A stretch of DNA of 62,325 bases, the filler included. It is 6 parts of 6 records of this genome, joined end to end, with 100 filler letters (N's around TTAATTAATTAA, not from the genome) between each part and the next. Parts side by side here need not be neighbours in the genome. Positions count along the whole stretch, not along the records: positions 31,095 to 46,169 come from SRR31147125_5707; positions 46,270 to 55,716 come from SRR31147125_5719; 4 more parts are not named here. One strand, given 5' to 3'. The notes below the pieces were generated by a model. That model was given only the letters and a program-made list of their open reading frames with translations, was not told the DNA's origin and did not search any database. The position numbers and the translations under genes are program-made. Position 1 is the stretch's first letter. Every line of letters starts with the position of its first letter. This document shows positions 37,924-49,637 of this stretch, in pieces.

Positions 37924-40290
37924 TTACTCCAGATCCGATTCAAAATTAAATTTACTGATATCGGGAGGGTCGACACCCCTCTGTAGCGCCTCGAGAACCA
38001 TTTTCCCCCGAGGGGTGAAGGGCCCGAGGTGAGACAGGTCGATGACAAAGTTGTGACACCCGAGTTGTTCCAACTCGGCCAGGTTGCCGATGAAGGAAAA
38101 ATCCTGTTCGCTGTTCAACCAGGTTAAGCCCTGCCTTTGCTGGACCCGATAAGCATTGCCCTGATCAGAGAGAACCGGGCTGTCAGCGCGGACCTGCTTG
38201 ATTTTAACCCGTGATGTCAGCAGCGGAACACTGGCGTAGACGGTCAAGCCGGTTGGTATCGGCAGCTGTCGACTGAGCAGGGCCGTCAAGTTGCTGCGAT
38301 CATCCTCGATATAGAGTTCAGCTTCCTTGATTCCCAGCTCGGCATGCGCGCAAATGGCCTGGCTGTTGAGTGAAAAGAGGCGGAAGCTGCTTTTCAGGGT
38401 CAGTTCCTCCGGCTTGTCAAACAGGAGGAAGTGACCCAGATTGTTGAGGCGGAAAGAGTGAAAGCCGACCCTGATCAGCTCGCGGACCGCATTGCGGGTC
38501 TCATCCCAGTCACGATCGAAGAGGACAAAGGGGATGTCCCAGGTGATCTGCTCCTGTTTTCTCCGCAGTTTTGAAGCGTGCTGCAGGTTGGCGCGTGTCA
38601 GGGGAACGAGGATTACGTCGACACCCTGGTTCTGAAGGATCTGCTGGTCCTTTGTGTCGCGCAGCAGAACGCTTACGGTCCGTCTTTGTCCGCGACCCTG
38701 CCTGTCTGAACAGAGGCTGGCAATCGCCTGAGCCTTATGCTGCTCCATGATCTGTCTTTTCAGCGGTTGGCGCAGAGTCCGGAGCGCGGCATACAGATCG
38801 CGCCTGATCTGTTTGAGCTGTTTCGGCGGGATGACGATCGCCGGCAAGGGTCCGCAGGTCAAGCGATTGAGGACAAATGGTTCCTTTGCGGTGATCGAGA
38901 ACGCCTGTTCAAGAATCTCTTTGGCCAGAGGCCGGTGCTCGGCGGGATGGCTTTCGATGGCAAATGAGAAGTCCTTTGTCGCCGATCCGATGGCGGCTGT
39001 GATGTCGATTCGGCTGCTACTGACGGTCAGGTCAAGGTCAACTTTTTCGGCGGCCGGTCGGGCCTGTTCAAGCTGCCGGCGGCAGGCGTTATCACTCATT
39101 GAAAAGGCACTTTTCGATGAGACCATAAAGACGCCGTCACCGACTTTGAACTGGTTGTAGAAAGGGGTCTTAAGAGTGACGAATTGCTGAGCCTTGGAGT
39201 GTCCGACCTTATTCTTGCCGAGCATCAGTTCGCGGATGGTAAAGGCGGTTCCGCTTTTATCGCTGACAGGTTGGATTCTCAGGCGGTCACCGATGTGCAA
39301 ACCCTCTTTCGACTTGAAACCGATTTCTGCACCGCGAACGCGTGAAAGTTCGCCCAGAAAGCGTCCGGTTGCCCCTTTCTGGGTCGGAATCGCCATGTCG
39401 CTCGGCTGTGCTCCGGCGAGAAACCCTTTGGTCGGTTGGCGGCCGAAGCTTTCTTTCAGCAGGAGCTTCGCTTCCTTCAGGACCTCTTTCCGCGCACCCT
39501 GACCGGCATCGAGAACGCGGCGGTAAGCGCCGACAACCTTGTTGACGTATTCAGCACTTTTCATCCGTCCCTCGATCTTGAGGCTGCAGATTCCGGCTTT
39601 TTCAAGCTCGGGGAGCAGATCAATGGCCGAGAGGTCGTTCGGTGAGAAATAGTATCCTTCGCTGTTACGATGTTTGTGGTTGCGGCGGCAGGGTTGGGCA
39701 CAGCGGCCCCGGTTGCCGCTCTTTCCGCTCAGGAATGAGGAGAAATAACATTGTCCGCTGAAGGAAAAGCAGAGGGCGCCATGGATGAAGTGCTCCAGTT
39801 CCAGGGTTGTCTGACGACGGATATGAGCGATCTCATCCAGGGTTAACTCACGCGCAAGGACACCACGGGTGAAACCCATCCGTTCGAGCATCTTGACCCC
39901 GGCGGTATTGTGAATCGTCATTTGCGTGGAAGCGTGGAGCTCCAGATCCGGAAAGTGCTCCTTTGCCAGTTTCCAGATCGCCAAGTCTTGAATAATGACG
40001 GCACTGACGCCGATCCGCTCCAGCGAAGCCAGAGTGTCGATCAGCTCAGGGAGTTCGGCTTCCTTCACCAGTGTGTTCAGCGTAACGTAGAGGTGTTTCC
40101 CCTGTCCTTTCAGCAACCACGACATCTTTTCGATATCGCTCAGGCTGAAGTTTCTCGCCTTGGCACGCGCTGAAAAAGCTTTCAGGCCGACATAAACCGC
40201 ATCGGCTCCTGCATCCAGAGCCGCAAAAAAAGCTTCCAGGCTTCCGGCCGGGGCCAGCAGCTCCGGGGTTTGTCTGCTTGTGATGCTCAC
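37924..40290 (-). CDS. Peptidase U32-family protein (RlhA-like RNA hydroxylase)
   Basis: PELLAPAG, HASTQ, HGALCFSFSGQC, NRGRCAQPCR, LKIEGR; long C-terminal extension. Confidence 0.88.
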   Translation of the reverse strand: MSITSRQTPELLAPAGSLEAFFAALDAGADAVYVGLKAFSARAKARNFSLSDIEKMSWLLKGQGKHLYVTLNTLVKEAELPELIDTLASLERIGVSAVIIQDLAIWKLAKEHFPDLELHASTQMTIHNTAGVKMLERMGFTRGVLARELTLDEIAHIRRQTTLELEHFIHGALCFSFSGQCYFSSFLSGKSGNRGRCAQPCRRNHKHRNSEGYYFSPNDLSAIDLLPELEKAGICSLKIEGRMKSAEYVNKVVGAYRRVLDAGQGARKEVLKEAKLLLKESFGRQPTKGFLAGAQPSDMAIPTQKGATGRFLGELSRVRGAEIGFKSKEGLHIGDRLRIQPVSDKSGTAFTIRELMLGKNKVGHSKAQQFVTLKTPFYNQFKVGDGVFMVSSKSAFSMSDNACRRQLEQARPAAEKVDLDLTVSSSRIDITAAIGSATKDFSFAIESHPAEHRPLAKEILEQAFSITAKEPFVLNRLTCGPLPAIVIPPKQLKQIRRDLYAALRTLRQPLKRQIMEQHKAQAIASLCSDRQGRGQRRTVSVLLRDTKDQQILQNQGVDVILVPLTRANLQHASKLRRKQEQITWDIPFVLFDRDWDETRNAVRELIRVGFHSFRLNNLGHFLLFDKPEELTLKSSFRLFSLNSQAICAHAELGIKEAELYIEDDRSNLTALLSRQLPIPTGLTVYASVPLLTSRVKIKQVRADSPVLSDQGNAYRVQQRQGLTWLNSEQDFSFIGNLAELEQLGCHNFVIDLSHLGPFTPRGKMVLEALQRGVDPPDISKFNFESDLE

Positions 40291-40995
40291 TTTGTCAGTA
40301 ATGCCTCAAACTGTTTCGGATTGTAACCAGAGACGTGCTGGCCGTTGATCCAGAATTGTGGCGTGCCGGTGACGCCGACTTTCGCGGCGACATCGCGGTG
40401 ATCCTGAAGCATGCCATTGTCTTTGACCAGGGAAGGGGCTGATCGTCGTACATCCCCGTGAAAACATCTTCATAAGCGCCGGCAGGATCTTCAGAAGAGA
40501 GGATATAACGCGCTTTGGCCGCCGCTTTGGGATGAAGCCGGTCAAGAGGGAGCAGAAAAATGTAGCGTGTGACATCATCTCGGGTCGCAAAAAAGTCAGA
40601 ACTCTGGCGGCAGAAGGGACAATCGGGGTCAGTCACCTCAATGACCAGGTTCGGGCCATCTCCGATCTTAACGGCTTTTTCAAGAGGAAACTGATCGAGC
40701 TTGGACGACAGGCGATTGCTCTTGCTTTCACGTGTCAGGTTGCGACCTTTGGCTGTCCACAGCTCTCCGAAGAACATGTGTCCAGTGCTGGGTGCAAAGT
40801 AGACAATTTCGTTATTTTCCAGAATGACTTCGTAAATTCCGCTCACCGGAGATTCATTGATCTGCTGTGTCCTGATCTTGGGGTAATGCATCATCAGGGC
40901 CGCTTCAACAGCTTTATCAGCGGACTTCTGTGGCGCTGCGCAGGCAGATAACGGTAGTAAGAATGCTAGAAGAATCAGAAAAAGAATCGAAACAT
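40287..40995 (-). CDS. dsbC: DsbC-family disulfide isomerase (two 1-nt frameshifts)
   Basis: TDPDCPFC; signal peptide from ATG 40995 and C-terminal GVTGTPQFWING both lie in shifted frames. Confidence 0.82.
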
Positions 40996-41111
40996 GGTGT
41001 CACTCCTTGGATACTTGATGAATCCGCTCAGCATACACCAGTCGGAGCCGGGGAAAAGAGCTGAAGGCTCCGAGCCGGTAAATGCCGGGAGTGATATTCC
41101 GAAGGTTGAGG

Positions 41112-41303
41112 TCAGCCGTCCTGCACACCCAGCTTTTTCAGGATGGTGATCATCGGGCACCAATTGGTGAAAGCACTCTGAAGCAGGTTCAGACCGACAA
41201 AAGCGGTGAAGAAGATCCAGTTGGGTGAGTGCACCTGGGACAGAATAATGGTTAGAAGAATAACGATTCCGGCGATCATGCGAAGATATCGATTCACTGT
41301 CAT
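41112..41303 (-). CDS. DUF2892 (YgaP-like) membrane protein
   Basis: FVGLNLLQSAFTNWCP. Confidence 0.85.
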   Translation of the reverse strand: MTVNRYLRMIAGIVILLTIILSQVHSPNWIFFTAFVGLNLLQSAFTNWCPMITILKKLGVQDG

Positions 41304-41496
41304 GTGTGTGCTCCTTTGAATGTTTCGAGTTAATATATATGAATTTTTGAATGTTTGCAACCTGCTTGAATTTAAGGCCGTCTTCCCTCATAAAACGATT
41401 TAGTTTGGTCATTCGGAACAACAGTTTATTGTTTCGAAAACCTGTTTATGTTTTACTGTCCATTCTTTTAATTCCATTGAATATGAGGAGGAAAAA

Positions 41497-42515
41497 ATGC
41501 GGCGATTGTTGATTGGTCTATTACTGCTTCTGTTGACTCCAGCCCTGGCTCTGTCTGCCGACCCACTGGCTTCGTGGCAGCCGAAGTTTGACCCGAGTGG
41601 TGCAGATTACACGTATCTTCTTTCCTGCGTTGGACATCCGGCGATCGAGGGTGTCAGTGTCGGCTACCGGATTCGTGACCGGGTCTGGGAAGAATCGAAC
41701 GGGCGTCTCTATGTTGACTACCGTCCTTTGTCGCAACTGGGCGGAGAGAAGGATGTTCAGGGCAAGCTGAAGATGGGGGCTGTCCACGGGATGCTCAGCT
41801 CGTCTGTGGCTGCCCCGAATATTTCTCCACGGCTCGGCTTGGTCAACCTGCCATTCCTGGTCGGTTCCTTTGAGCGACTGGAAACATTTCGCAACAACAA
41901 AGATCTGTTTGAGCGTTATGGAGAAGAGGCTCTCAAAGATGGTGTCCGTGTCGTTGATTTCACCGGTTACGGAAGTTATGGCTGGGCGACAAACAACCCG
42001 GTCTCCAATTTGGCGGAAGCGAAGAATACGATTTTCCGTATCGCCCAAGCACCGGTCAATGTTGATCTCTACAAGGCCTGGGGGCTACAGTTTACCGTAA
42101 TGCCCTGGCCGGATGTCCCCCAAGCGCTGCAGACGGGTGTTATCACTGGACTTGACCACACCCCGATCGTTTGCAGTATTTCTAAAAATTTACGGTGGCA
42201 AAAAATTTTACCCGTATCGATTACGCGCAAGGGCTCTACATTCATCTGATGAACGAGCGTTGGCTGAAGAAACTGCCCGAAGATCTTCAGAAAATTCTGT
42301 TGACGGTGATTGCTGATGAGAGTGCGAAGGCACGGGCTTTAACGGAAAAGCAACAGGGTGATCAAATTGCGGCGGCCAAGGCGGCCGGTGTTCAATTTTA
42401 CGAACTGTCCGATGCGGACAAGAGTCAACTCGTTAAGTTGGCAGAGCCGGTTGTTCAGAAATGGGGTGCCAAGATTGGCCTCGATTATCTCAAGGAGGTT
42501 CGCGCAGCACTGTAA
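41497..42515 (+). CDS. dctP: TRAP substrate-binding protein 1 (frameshift in A run near 42184)
   Basis: Collinear with the downstream paralogue once one A is restored (SKKF); MPWPDVPQALQTG. Confidence 0.85.
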
Positions 42516-42544
42516 TCTGTCTGGTCTGAAAGAAGATGGTTTTC

Positions 42545-42576
42545 CGGCCGGGGCCCGCAAGGGCGCCGGCCGTTTT
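42545..42576 (+). terminator. Hairpin after dctP1
   Basis: CGGCCGG.GCCC GCAA GGGC.CCGGCCG TTTT. Confidence 0.7.
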
Positions 42577-42711
42577 GTATTTATTACCGGAATAAATTTC
42601 TTGACCAAATCATCGAACAACAGCTATTGTGGCATGTAACTTATTGAATTTATTGATAGTTAACTTTTTTTTGTGATAACCAAACAGTGTTTCTTTGAGT
42701 GGAGGCTCCCG

Positions 42712-43749
42712 ATGAAAAAATTGTTGATGATGGTGTTGGTTTTGACCCTTGCCCTGCCGTTGGCAGTGGCAGCAGCCGGTAAGAAGGACCCTTTGGCCGC
42801 GTACAAACCGAGCTTTGATCCGAGCGGTGCCCAATATACCTACTTGCTCTCTAACCTTTCGCACCCGGTTATTGAAGGGGTTGCCGCCGGATTCCGCATT
42901 CGTGACAGGATGTGGGAGGCCACCAACGGCCAGATTTATGTAGACTACCGCCCTTTGCGCCAGCTTGGTGGTGAGAAGGATGTCTACAATAAGGTTAAGC
43001 TCGGTGCAATCAATGGTATGCTTAGTTCCTCCGTATTTGCTGCCAATGTTGCCGACAAGCTGGGGATTGTCAACCTTCCTTATGTTGTTGATACGTTTGA
43101 CAAGCTCGATACTTTCCGTGATACGCCGGAAACTTGGGAACCCTTTTCCAATGCCGCCGCGAGCAAAGGTATTATTGCCATCGACATTACCAATTACGGC
43201 CTCTACGGTTGGGCGACCAATGAACCGGTTAAAACGATTGCAGATGCCAAGAAGGTTCTGTTCCGTGTTGCCGAAGCTCCGGTTAACGCAGATTCCTACA
43301 AGGCCTGGGGTCTGCAGTTCACCGTTATGCCCTGGGGTGATGTTCCGCAAGCACTGCAGACCGGTGTTATCAGCGGCCTTGATCACACCGCGATCGTTTG
43401 CAATATTACCAAAAAGTTCAATATTTCCAAGAATTTCACTGAGCTGAATTACGCACAGGGTTTGTTTATTCACCTGATTAATAAACGCTGGCTCGACAAG
43501 TTGCCGGCCGATTTGAGGGAAACCTTCCTCAAGGTTGTGCGTGAGGAGAGTGCCAATACCCGAAACCTGACTCGCAAGCAGCATGAGCAACAGGTTGCGG
43601 CCGCCAAAGCTGCAGGTGTTAATTTCTTCCAGCTGTCGGATGAAGAGATCGGCCAACTTAAAAAAGCAGCTGAACCGGTCATCAATAAATGGGGTGAAAA
43701 AATCGGCCCTGATTATCTCGCAACGGTTCGTGCAAAGCTTGGCAGTTGA
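42712..43749 (+). CDS. dctP: TRAP substrate-binding protein 2
   Basis: Signal peptide, QLGGEKD, MPWGDVPQALQTG. Confidence 0.9.
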   Translation: MKKLLMMVLVLTLALPLAVAAAGKKDPLAAYKPSFDPSGAQYTYLLSNLSHPVIEGVAAGFRIRDRMWEATNGQIYVDYRPLRQLGGEKDVYNKVKLGAINGMLSSSVFAANVADKLGIVNLPYVVDTFDKLDTFRDTPETWEPFSNAAASKGIIAIDITNYGLYGWATNEPVKTIADAKKVLFRVAEAPVNADSYKAWGLQFTVMPWGDVPQALQTGVISGLDHTAIVCNITKKFNISKNFTELNYAQGLFIHLINKRWLDKLPADLRETFLKVVREESANTRNLTRKQHEQQVAAAKAAGVNFFQLSDEEIGQLKKAAEPVINKWGEKIGPDYLATVRAKLGS

Positions 43750-43784
43750 TCCGAGAATCTGTATAATCGGCACGTTTTTAACGG

Positions 43785-43815
43785 GGCCGGGGAGCTCGCC
43801 TCCTCGGCCTTTTTT
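43785..43815 (+). terminator. Hairpin between dctP2 and dctQ
   Basis: GGCCGGGGAG...CTCCTCGGCC followed by a T run. Confidence 0.65.
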
Positions 43816-43886
43816 CGTGAGCTGCATACATCGGTTATGTCTCCACATGCAAGGGCGGCTGTCAAACCGGTCTGAAAGAAGTCACC

Positions 43887-44405
43887 ATGCTGAAAAAAAC
43901 CTTCAAGGTAATCGATCGCGGATTTCTCTTTGTTGAAGAGTGGTCCTTGTTCGTCGCTGTTCTCATCGCCCTGTTTACAGCCATGGCGAACGTTGTCCTG
44001 CGCAAGATGACGAGTGACATCAGTCTTTACTGGTCGGACGAGGTGGTCCGCAAAGTTATCTATTTTGCCACCTATGTCGGCTGTATCGCTGCTGTGCGCA
44101 GCCGTTCATTGATCCGTATTGATGCTCTGCCACAGATGTTTCCGGTTTTGAAGCGTTTCTTGACCCTCTTTTCCCATCTGGCGGTTCTTGTCTTTTCAGG
44201 GATGATGATCTACCTCGGGTGGCAGATGACGGTGATGATTTTTCAGGATGAGTATGCCAGGACAACCACGCTGCAGATTCCTGAGTGGTACTTTTATGCA
44301 ATCCTTCCGCTTATGGGAGCAATGATGTTTATCCGCACTCTGATCGTTATGGTTGAAGATTGGCGCGGAAAAATGGACATAACGGGAGAGTCGCATGGAA
44401 ACTAG
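43887..44405 (+). CDS. dctQ: TRAP small permease
   Basis: Four TM helices, WSDEV, IRID. Confidence 0.88.
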   Translation: MLKKTFKVIDRGFLFVEEWSLFVAVLIALFTAMANVVLRKMTSDISLYWSDEVVRKVIYFATYVGCIAAVRSRSLIRIDALPQMFPVLKRFLTLFSHLAVLVFSGMMIYLGWQMTVMIFQDEYARTTTLQIPEWYFYAILPLMGAMMFIRTLIVMVEDWRGKMDITGESHGN

Positions 44406-45681
44406 TTATCTACTGATCCTTGCCCTGCTTCTCGGGTGCTTGGCCGGAACCGTTCCAGTGTTTATGGCCCTGTTTTTCACCGGCACTTTCGGTCTTGTTT
44501 ACCTGCTCGGTATTGATCCTCAGATTGTCATAGAAGTTCTTTACCGCAGTATGGATAAGTTTGCTCTGGTCGTTGTTATGTTTTTTGTTCTCTGCGGCAA
44601 TGTCATGACGACGGGAAGTATCGTTGAAAAACTGATCAAGACCGCCAATGTTCTGGTCGGTTTTCTCCCTGGAGGGCTGGCGATGGCTGGAATTCTCGCT
44701 TGCGGGTTTTTCGGGGCAATTTCCGGTTCGACGGTTGCGACTGTCGTTGCCATTGGCGGATTTATGATTCCGGCGCTGATCGAAAACGATTATGATGAAC
44801 AGTTTTCGGTCGGGATCATGACCACGGCCCCGATTCTCGGCGTTATTATCCCGCCGTCGATATCGATGATCCTCTATTCGATGGTCAGCAATGATCCCCT
44901 CGAAGCCCTGTTTCTGACCGGGTTTATCCCGGGGTTGCTGATCATGCTCGCCATGAGTCTCTACGCCTATTTTGTCTGCAAGCGTCAGGGTCTGAAGACG
45001 ATGAAGCGGCCGAGCCCGAAAGAGGCCTGGACCGTGGTCCGCGAGAGTATCTGGGCGCTGTTCCTTCCGGTTTTGATCTTCGGGGGGATCTATTCCGGAC
45101 TTTTCACGGCCAACGAAGCGGCGGTCGTGGCCTGCTTTTACGCCTTTTTTGTCGAGATCTGTATCCATCGCGACATGAAGCTGCATGATATCAAGCGTGT
45201 CGTTGTCTCCTCGGCGGTCACCTCGGCGACTCTGCTCGTCATTGTTGCCGGAGCGTCCGTTTTCGGGGAGTACCTGACCTTTGAACAAATCCCGAATAAG
45301 ATTGCTCAAGCGGTGGTCAGCTCGATCTCATCGCCCTGGGTTTTTCTGCTGGCGGTCAATATTCTGCTGCTGATTATCGGCATGTTCATGGATATTATTT
45401 CCGCGACCCTGATCCTGACTCCGATCTTTCTGCCGCTGCTCAGCAAGTTCGGGATCAACACCATGCATTTCGGCCTGCTGATGACGATCAACCTGGGGAT
45501 CGGTTACTGTACGCCGCCGCTGGGTGTCAGCCTGTATATATCTGGTGCGGCGGTGAACCGCGATCTGGTCTATGTCTCGAAGGCGGTCATGCCGTTTTTG
45601 CTGATCCAGATTGCGATCCTGATGGTTCTGACCTTCTGTCCCGATCTGGTCCTGCTGCTACCGAACTGGGTGTACGGTTAG
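44395..45681 (+). CDS. dctM: TRAP large permease
   Basis: AISGSTVATV, GVIIPPSI, CTPPLG. Confidence 0.93.
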   Translation: METSYLLILALLLGCLAGTVPVFMALFFTGTFGLVYLLGIDPQIVIEVLYRSMDKFALVVVMFFVLCGNVMTTGSIVEKLIKTANVLVGFLPGGLAMAGILACGFFGAISGSTVATVVAIGGFMIPALIENDYDEQFSVGIMTTAPILGVIIPPSISMILYSMVSNDPLEALFLTGFIPGLLIMLAMSLYAYFVCKRQGLKTMKRPSPKEAWTVVRESIWALFLPVLIFGGIYSGLFTANEAAVVACFYAFFVEICIHRDMKLHDIKRVVVSSAVTSATLLVIVAGASVFGEYLTFEQIPNKIAQAVVSSISSPWVFLLAVNILLLIIGMFMDIISATLILTPIFLPLLSKFGINTMHFGLLMTINLGIGYCTPPLGVSLYISGAAVNRDLVYVSKAVMPFLLIQIAILMVLTFCPDLVLLLPNWVYG

Positions 45682-45691
45682 GTTCTCAATC

Positions 45692-46169
45692 ATGACTGAA
45701 AAACAGTTCTGGGTTGATCCTTATCAGACAAAACTTGATACGACGGTTACCTCAGTTAAGGGTGATCTGGTCTCTTTGCAAGAGACGATTATTTACCCCT
45801 TTTCCGGTGGGCAGGAACCTGATCATGGGAGGATTAATGGCATTCAGGTACAGGAGGTCCATAAGCACGGGAGGGAACTCGCATATCGTCTGGAACCCAA
45901 TCATGCCTTGGCCGTAGGTGATTCCGTTCGGATTGAGATTGACTGGGAGCGGCGCTATCGTCTGATGCGTCTCCACTTCGCGGCAGAGTTGATTCTGGAA
46001 CTGGCGTATCAAAATCTGGAGGGAATTGAAAAGATTGGTGCTCATATTGCTGAGGACAAGGCGCGCCTTGATTTCATCTGGCCTGTGAACATTTCGGAGT
46101 CCTTTGCGGGTTTGCTTGAGAGCGCGCACCAGTTGATCGCTGAAGATCAGAGTATCATCAGTGATTTTT
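45692..46169 (+). CDS. AlaX-like alanyl-tRNA editing protein (partial)
   Basis: YPFSGGQEPDHG, IDWERRYRLMRLH. Confidence 0.85.
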
Positions 46170-46269
46170 NNNNNNNNNNNNNNNNNNNNNNNNNNNNNNN
46201 NNNNNNNNNNNNNTTAATTAATTAANNNNNNNNNNNNNNNNNNNNNNNNNNNNNNNNNNNNNNNNNNNN
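46170..46269. other. Artificial contig linker
   Basis: N44-TTAATTAATTAA-N44. Confidence 0.98.
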
Positions 46270-46327
46270 ATTGTAAACATTTCATAACACTATTTTAATT
46301 TTTTGAAATTTATGATATAATGAGGGC

Positions 46328-48186
46328 ATGAGTAAGATGGAAAGAAAAAACACAAAAGATAAAGATTTTATTCAAACTATAATAAAACCCCTTTTAATGA
46401 TAGGGTATGCATTTATGGTTTTCTTTGGCTTGATGTATTATTTTGTATATGCATTAATAGTTAAAATTCTAAAGAAAGAAAATAAATATACTAATACAAG
46501 CGGTTTTATACAAAATATCAAATCAATAGTATTTTCAGATACTATCAAGGAACACACTGATTTACACAGGCAAAGGTCAAGAGTAAAAAAATCAAGAAAG
46601 CAAAGCGCAGAATATTTTTCAAGACCAAAAGGAAGATTGTACACTGACTATAGAGAAGGTACACGTGATAAATATTCAAAAGCAGAAAAAGAAAAAGATA
46701 AAAAGAATTATTTCTTTAAAAGACTTCTCGCTTATGCAGGTATATTCTTTTTAAAGGAGGATATTAGAAAAGCTAAAGCTATAGAGATTGACCAGAAATA
46801 TCCGCCAAGAGTTAAAAAAGAAGAAAGAGTTAAAATTAGGCACAAAAGTCAAGCAGTTCATGCCGAAAAAGATTATTCTGGCAGCAGGAAAATGGTACGT
46901 ACTGATATTATCAAGGCAGAAGATGCGGAAGCAATTGCTAAGAGATCATTACTACATAAAAGAATAATGATAGGATCTGCATCGGTTATTATGGCTTGTG
47001 TTGTAGTTTTTGTAGGGGCGCAGCCTATGCACAGGAGTTACCTGCAAGCTTAAATATTATCTCATCTAATCCAACGGCTGATCTTTTCCAAACAATGGAG
47101 CCTGTTACAGAGGAGTCAGTATGTGAAGTGATTCCAGAAAGTGATCAAGGATTATATCTAGAATATCCAGATGATACAGAGGAAGAAAGTCAAGTCAGTA
47201 TGGAAATAGCTAGTAATGAAGCCAAAACTATAGCTAGTACTGAACAAGACGTTTTAGTCTCTGGCAATATAACTACGGAGGCTAAAATATATAAACAAGG
47301 TGATGAAGACCCAGAAGTAGCAAATATACAAGCGAGGCTAATGGAGCTTCATTACATGAAACAGGACGATACAACTAACTATTATGGCAAGAACACCACA
47401 TATGCTATGGAATATTTCCAAAGACAGCATGGATTACAAGTAGATGGTACAACAGGTGCTGAGACATTAGCAAAACTATATTCTGATGAAGCAGAGGAAT
47501 ATACAATAAAAGAAGGCGTTGAAGGTTCTGACGTAAAGGAAATCCAAGAGAGACTATATGAACTAAAATATTTATCATCAAGTTCGTATATAACAGGATA
47601 TTTTGGTTCTAAGACGGAAGCTGCTGTAGAGGACTTTCAACATACAAATAGTTTATCTGCTGATGGAGTGGTAGGATATTACACTAATAAAAAATTGTTT
47701 AGTTCTTCGGCTATAAAAAATAGTACCAGCAGCGGCGGCTCCTCAGGCGGAAGCTCCTCAGGCGGTTCATCAAGCGGAGGCGCAACTGGAAGTGGATCGG
47801 CTTCTGATATTGTTAACGTAGCAAAATCGTTAAGAAACCAAGGTTACGTGTATGTTTGGGGCGGTAAAAACCCTTCTGACGGAGGATTTGATTGTTCTGG
47901 ATTTGTATACTATGTTTTAAATCAAGCAGGTATAAAAACTGGATACAGAGATACATCTAGATGGGCGACTACTTCTGACTTTACAACAATTGAAGACATA
48001 GATGATGTAAAAGCTGGTGATGTTTTAGTATTCAGCAGCGGACACGTAGGAATATATATCGGCGGCGGCAAGATGATACACAGCACAAGCAGAAACAGCA
48101 GTGATCCAGGTGGTATATATGTAGATAATTTATTTACGGACTACAGAAAAAGTGTCTGGGTATGGGCTAAACGAATAGTTGATTAA
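46328..48186 (+). CDS. Membrane-anchored peptidoglycan-binding NlpC/P60 endopeptidase (one gene split by a deletion in a G run near 47015)
   Basis: Two PG-binding repeats, Gly/Ser linker, YVWGG..FDCSG..HVGIY; frames join as VVFVG/GAAYAQE. Confidence 0.8.
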
Positions 48187-48188
48187 AT

Positions 48189-48221
48189 AAAATGGCTGGT
48201 AATTATTATCAGCCATTTTTT
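48189..48221. terminator. Bidirectional terminator
   Basis: AAAATGGCTG...CAGCCATTTT between convergent genes. Confidence 0.8.
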
Positions 48222-48226
48222 GAATT

Positions 48227-49501
48227 TTATTTTGCAGGTACTTCTTTAATAAATTCAACATAGGTGTCAGTTACTGACTCTATTACATCATCATACTTAG
48301 CATCTAATTTTTGCTGAAGGTCTGTAGGAGGCTCAAAATCATCAATTTGCATACTTTCTACTGAAGTACCAGATGGAAACACATGATAATCATATAAATA
48401 TGAGCGGGTGTAGGAAATATATGTAGGCAAGACCTGAGTTTTCTTGATAGTGACCTCTTCAGTTACAGGGTCAAAGCTTAGGTATACATAGCATATTGCA
48501 CCTTCCTGCTCTAATCTCATTTTAGAATTAGCCAAAAAGTTGCCTAATGACCAGCACACTACTGCACCGTTTTTTGTACCGTCTTCTAGAGTTACTTCCA
48601 TATATTCAATTGGCTGAAGGATGTGAGGATGGTGACCAAATATTATATCTACTCCTGCTTCAACTAAAACAGGTGCTAGTTCTTCTTGGTCTTCGTATAT
48701 CTCATATGTTTTTTCATATCCCCAATGCATAGACGCAACTATTATTTGTGCACCAGCATTTTTTAAATCTTCAACTTCCGCTTTTAAATACTCCTTACTG
48801 CTTACAGATATCATATACGTTTGTTCTTCGTCAGTAAGTTCTCCTAAGTTTTGATAAGCATAAGAGCTGGCTAAAATACCTACCTTTACACCTTTTACAT
48901 CAATAACTAAAGGAGTGTTATAGCTTTCTATACTATCAAATGTACCTGTGTGATATAGATCGTTTTCTTCCAAAATAGAAATTGTGCGTAAAAGACCTTC
49001 TTTACCTCTGTCCAGTGAATGATTGTTTGCATTTGTTAAAACATCAAATCCAGCATTTTTCAAGCTTGTTGCTAAACTATCAGGTGTATTAAAGTATGGA
49101 TAGCCTGTGTATCCGTCTTCTGCTTTAGCTGATGCAAAAACTGTTTCCAAATTTCCTATCATTAAATCTGGGTACTCAAGTGCAGTTTTTATATAGTTGA
49201 AGTTATGTTCAAAATAGTATTCATAACCATCTTCGTATCTAGCTGTATAATTTGCATCCATTAGCTGCCTTAAATGAACCATAATGTCCCCTGTTCCCCC
49301 AATTACAATTTCTATTGGTTGTGGAGCAGCGGTAGGTGTAGGTTCAAGTGTAGGTGATGGTGTAGGTTCATCAGTAGTAATTGAAGAAGAGGTGTTAGTA
49401 GGTATATTCTGATTATTTGTGCATCCCGTCATAGACATTATCATAATTATAAGAACTAGTAATTTAACTTTTTTAAAAATTTTGCTTGTGAATATTAACA
49501 T
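48227..49501 (-). CDS. CapA/PGA_cap-family metallophosphoesterase lipoprotein
   Basis: GDIM, GNLE, ANNHSLD, HWG, GHHPH, SLGNF; lipobox MTGC. Confidence 0.9.
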   Translation of the reverse strand: MLIFTSKIFKKVKLLVLIIMIMSMTGCTNNQNIPTNTSSSITTDEPTPSPTLEPTPTAAPQPIEIVIGGTGDIMVHLRQLMDANYTARYEDGYEYYFEHNFNYIKTALEYPDLMIGNLETVFASAKAEDGYTGYPYFNTPDSLATSLKNAGFDVLTNANNHSLDRGKEGLLRTISILEENDLYHTGTFDSIESYNTPLVIDVKGVKVGILASSYAYQNLGELTDEEQTYMISVSSKEYLKAEVEDLKNAGAQIIVASMHWGYEKTYEIYEDQEELAPVLVEAGVDIIFGHHPHILQPIEYMEVTLEDGTKNGAVVCWSLGNFLANSKMRLEQEGAICYVYLSFDPVTEEVTIKKTQVLPTYISYTRSYLYDYHVFPSGTSVESMQIDDFEPPTDLQQKLDAKYDDVIESVTDTYVEFIKEVPAK

Positions 49502-49637
49502 ATAGAGATTATAAAGCATATAAATTGTCTATTCAAGGAGAAATGTGTATTATTTTCAACAATAATCATTACCTCTAGATGTTTTTACTTAAATAATGTA
49601 TAATACTTTAATAAGCAAAGCATTTAAGGAGAGATAT

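Noticed and set aside
47728-47781. Short tandem repeats (also 50100-50160)
   Set aside because: They encode ordinary Gly/Ser and Pro/Thr linkers
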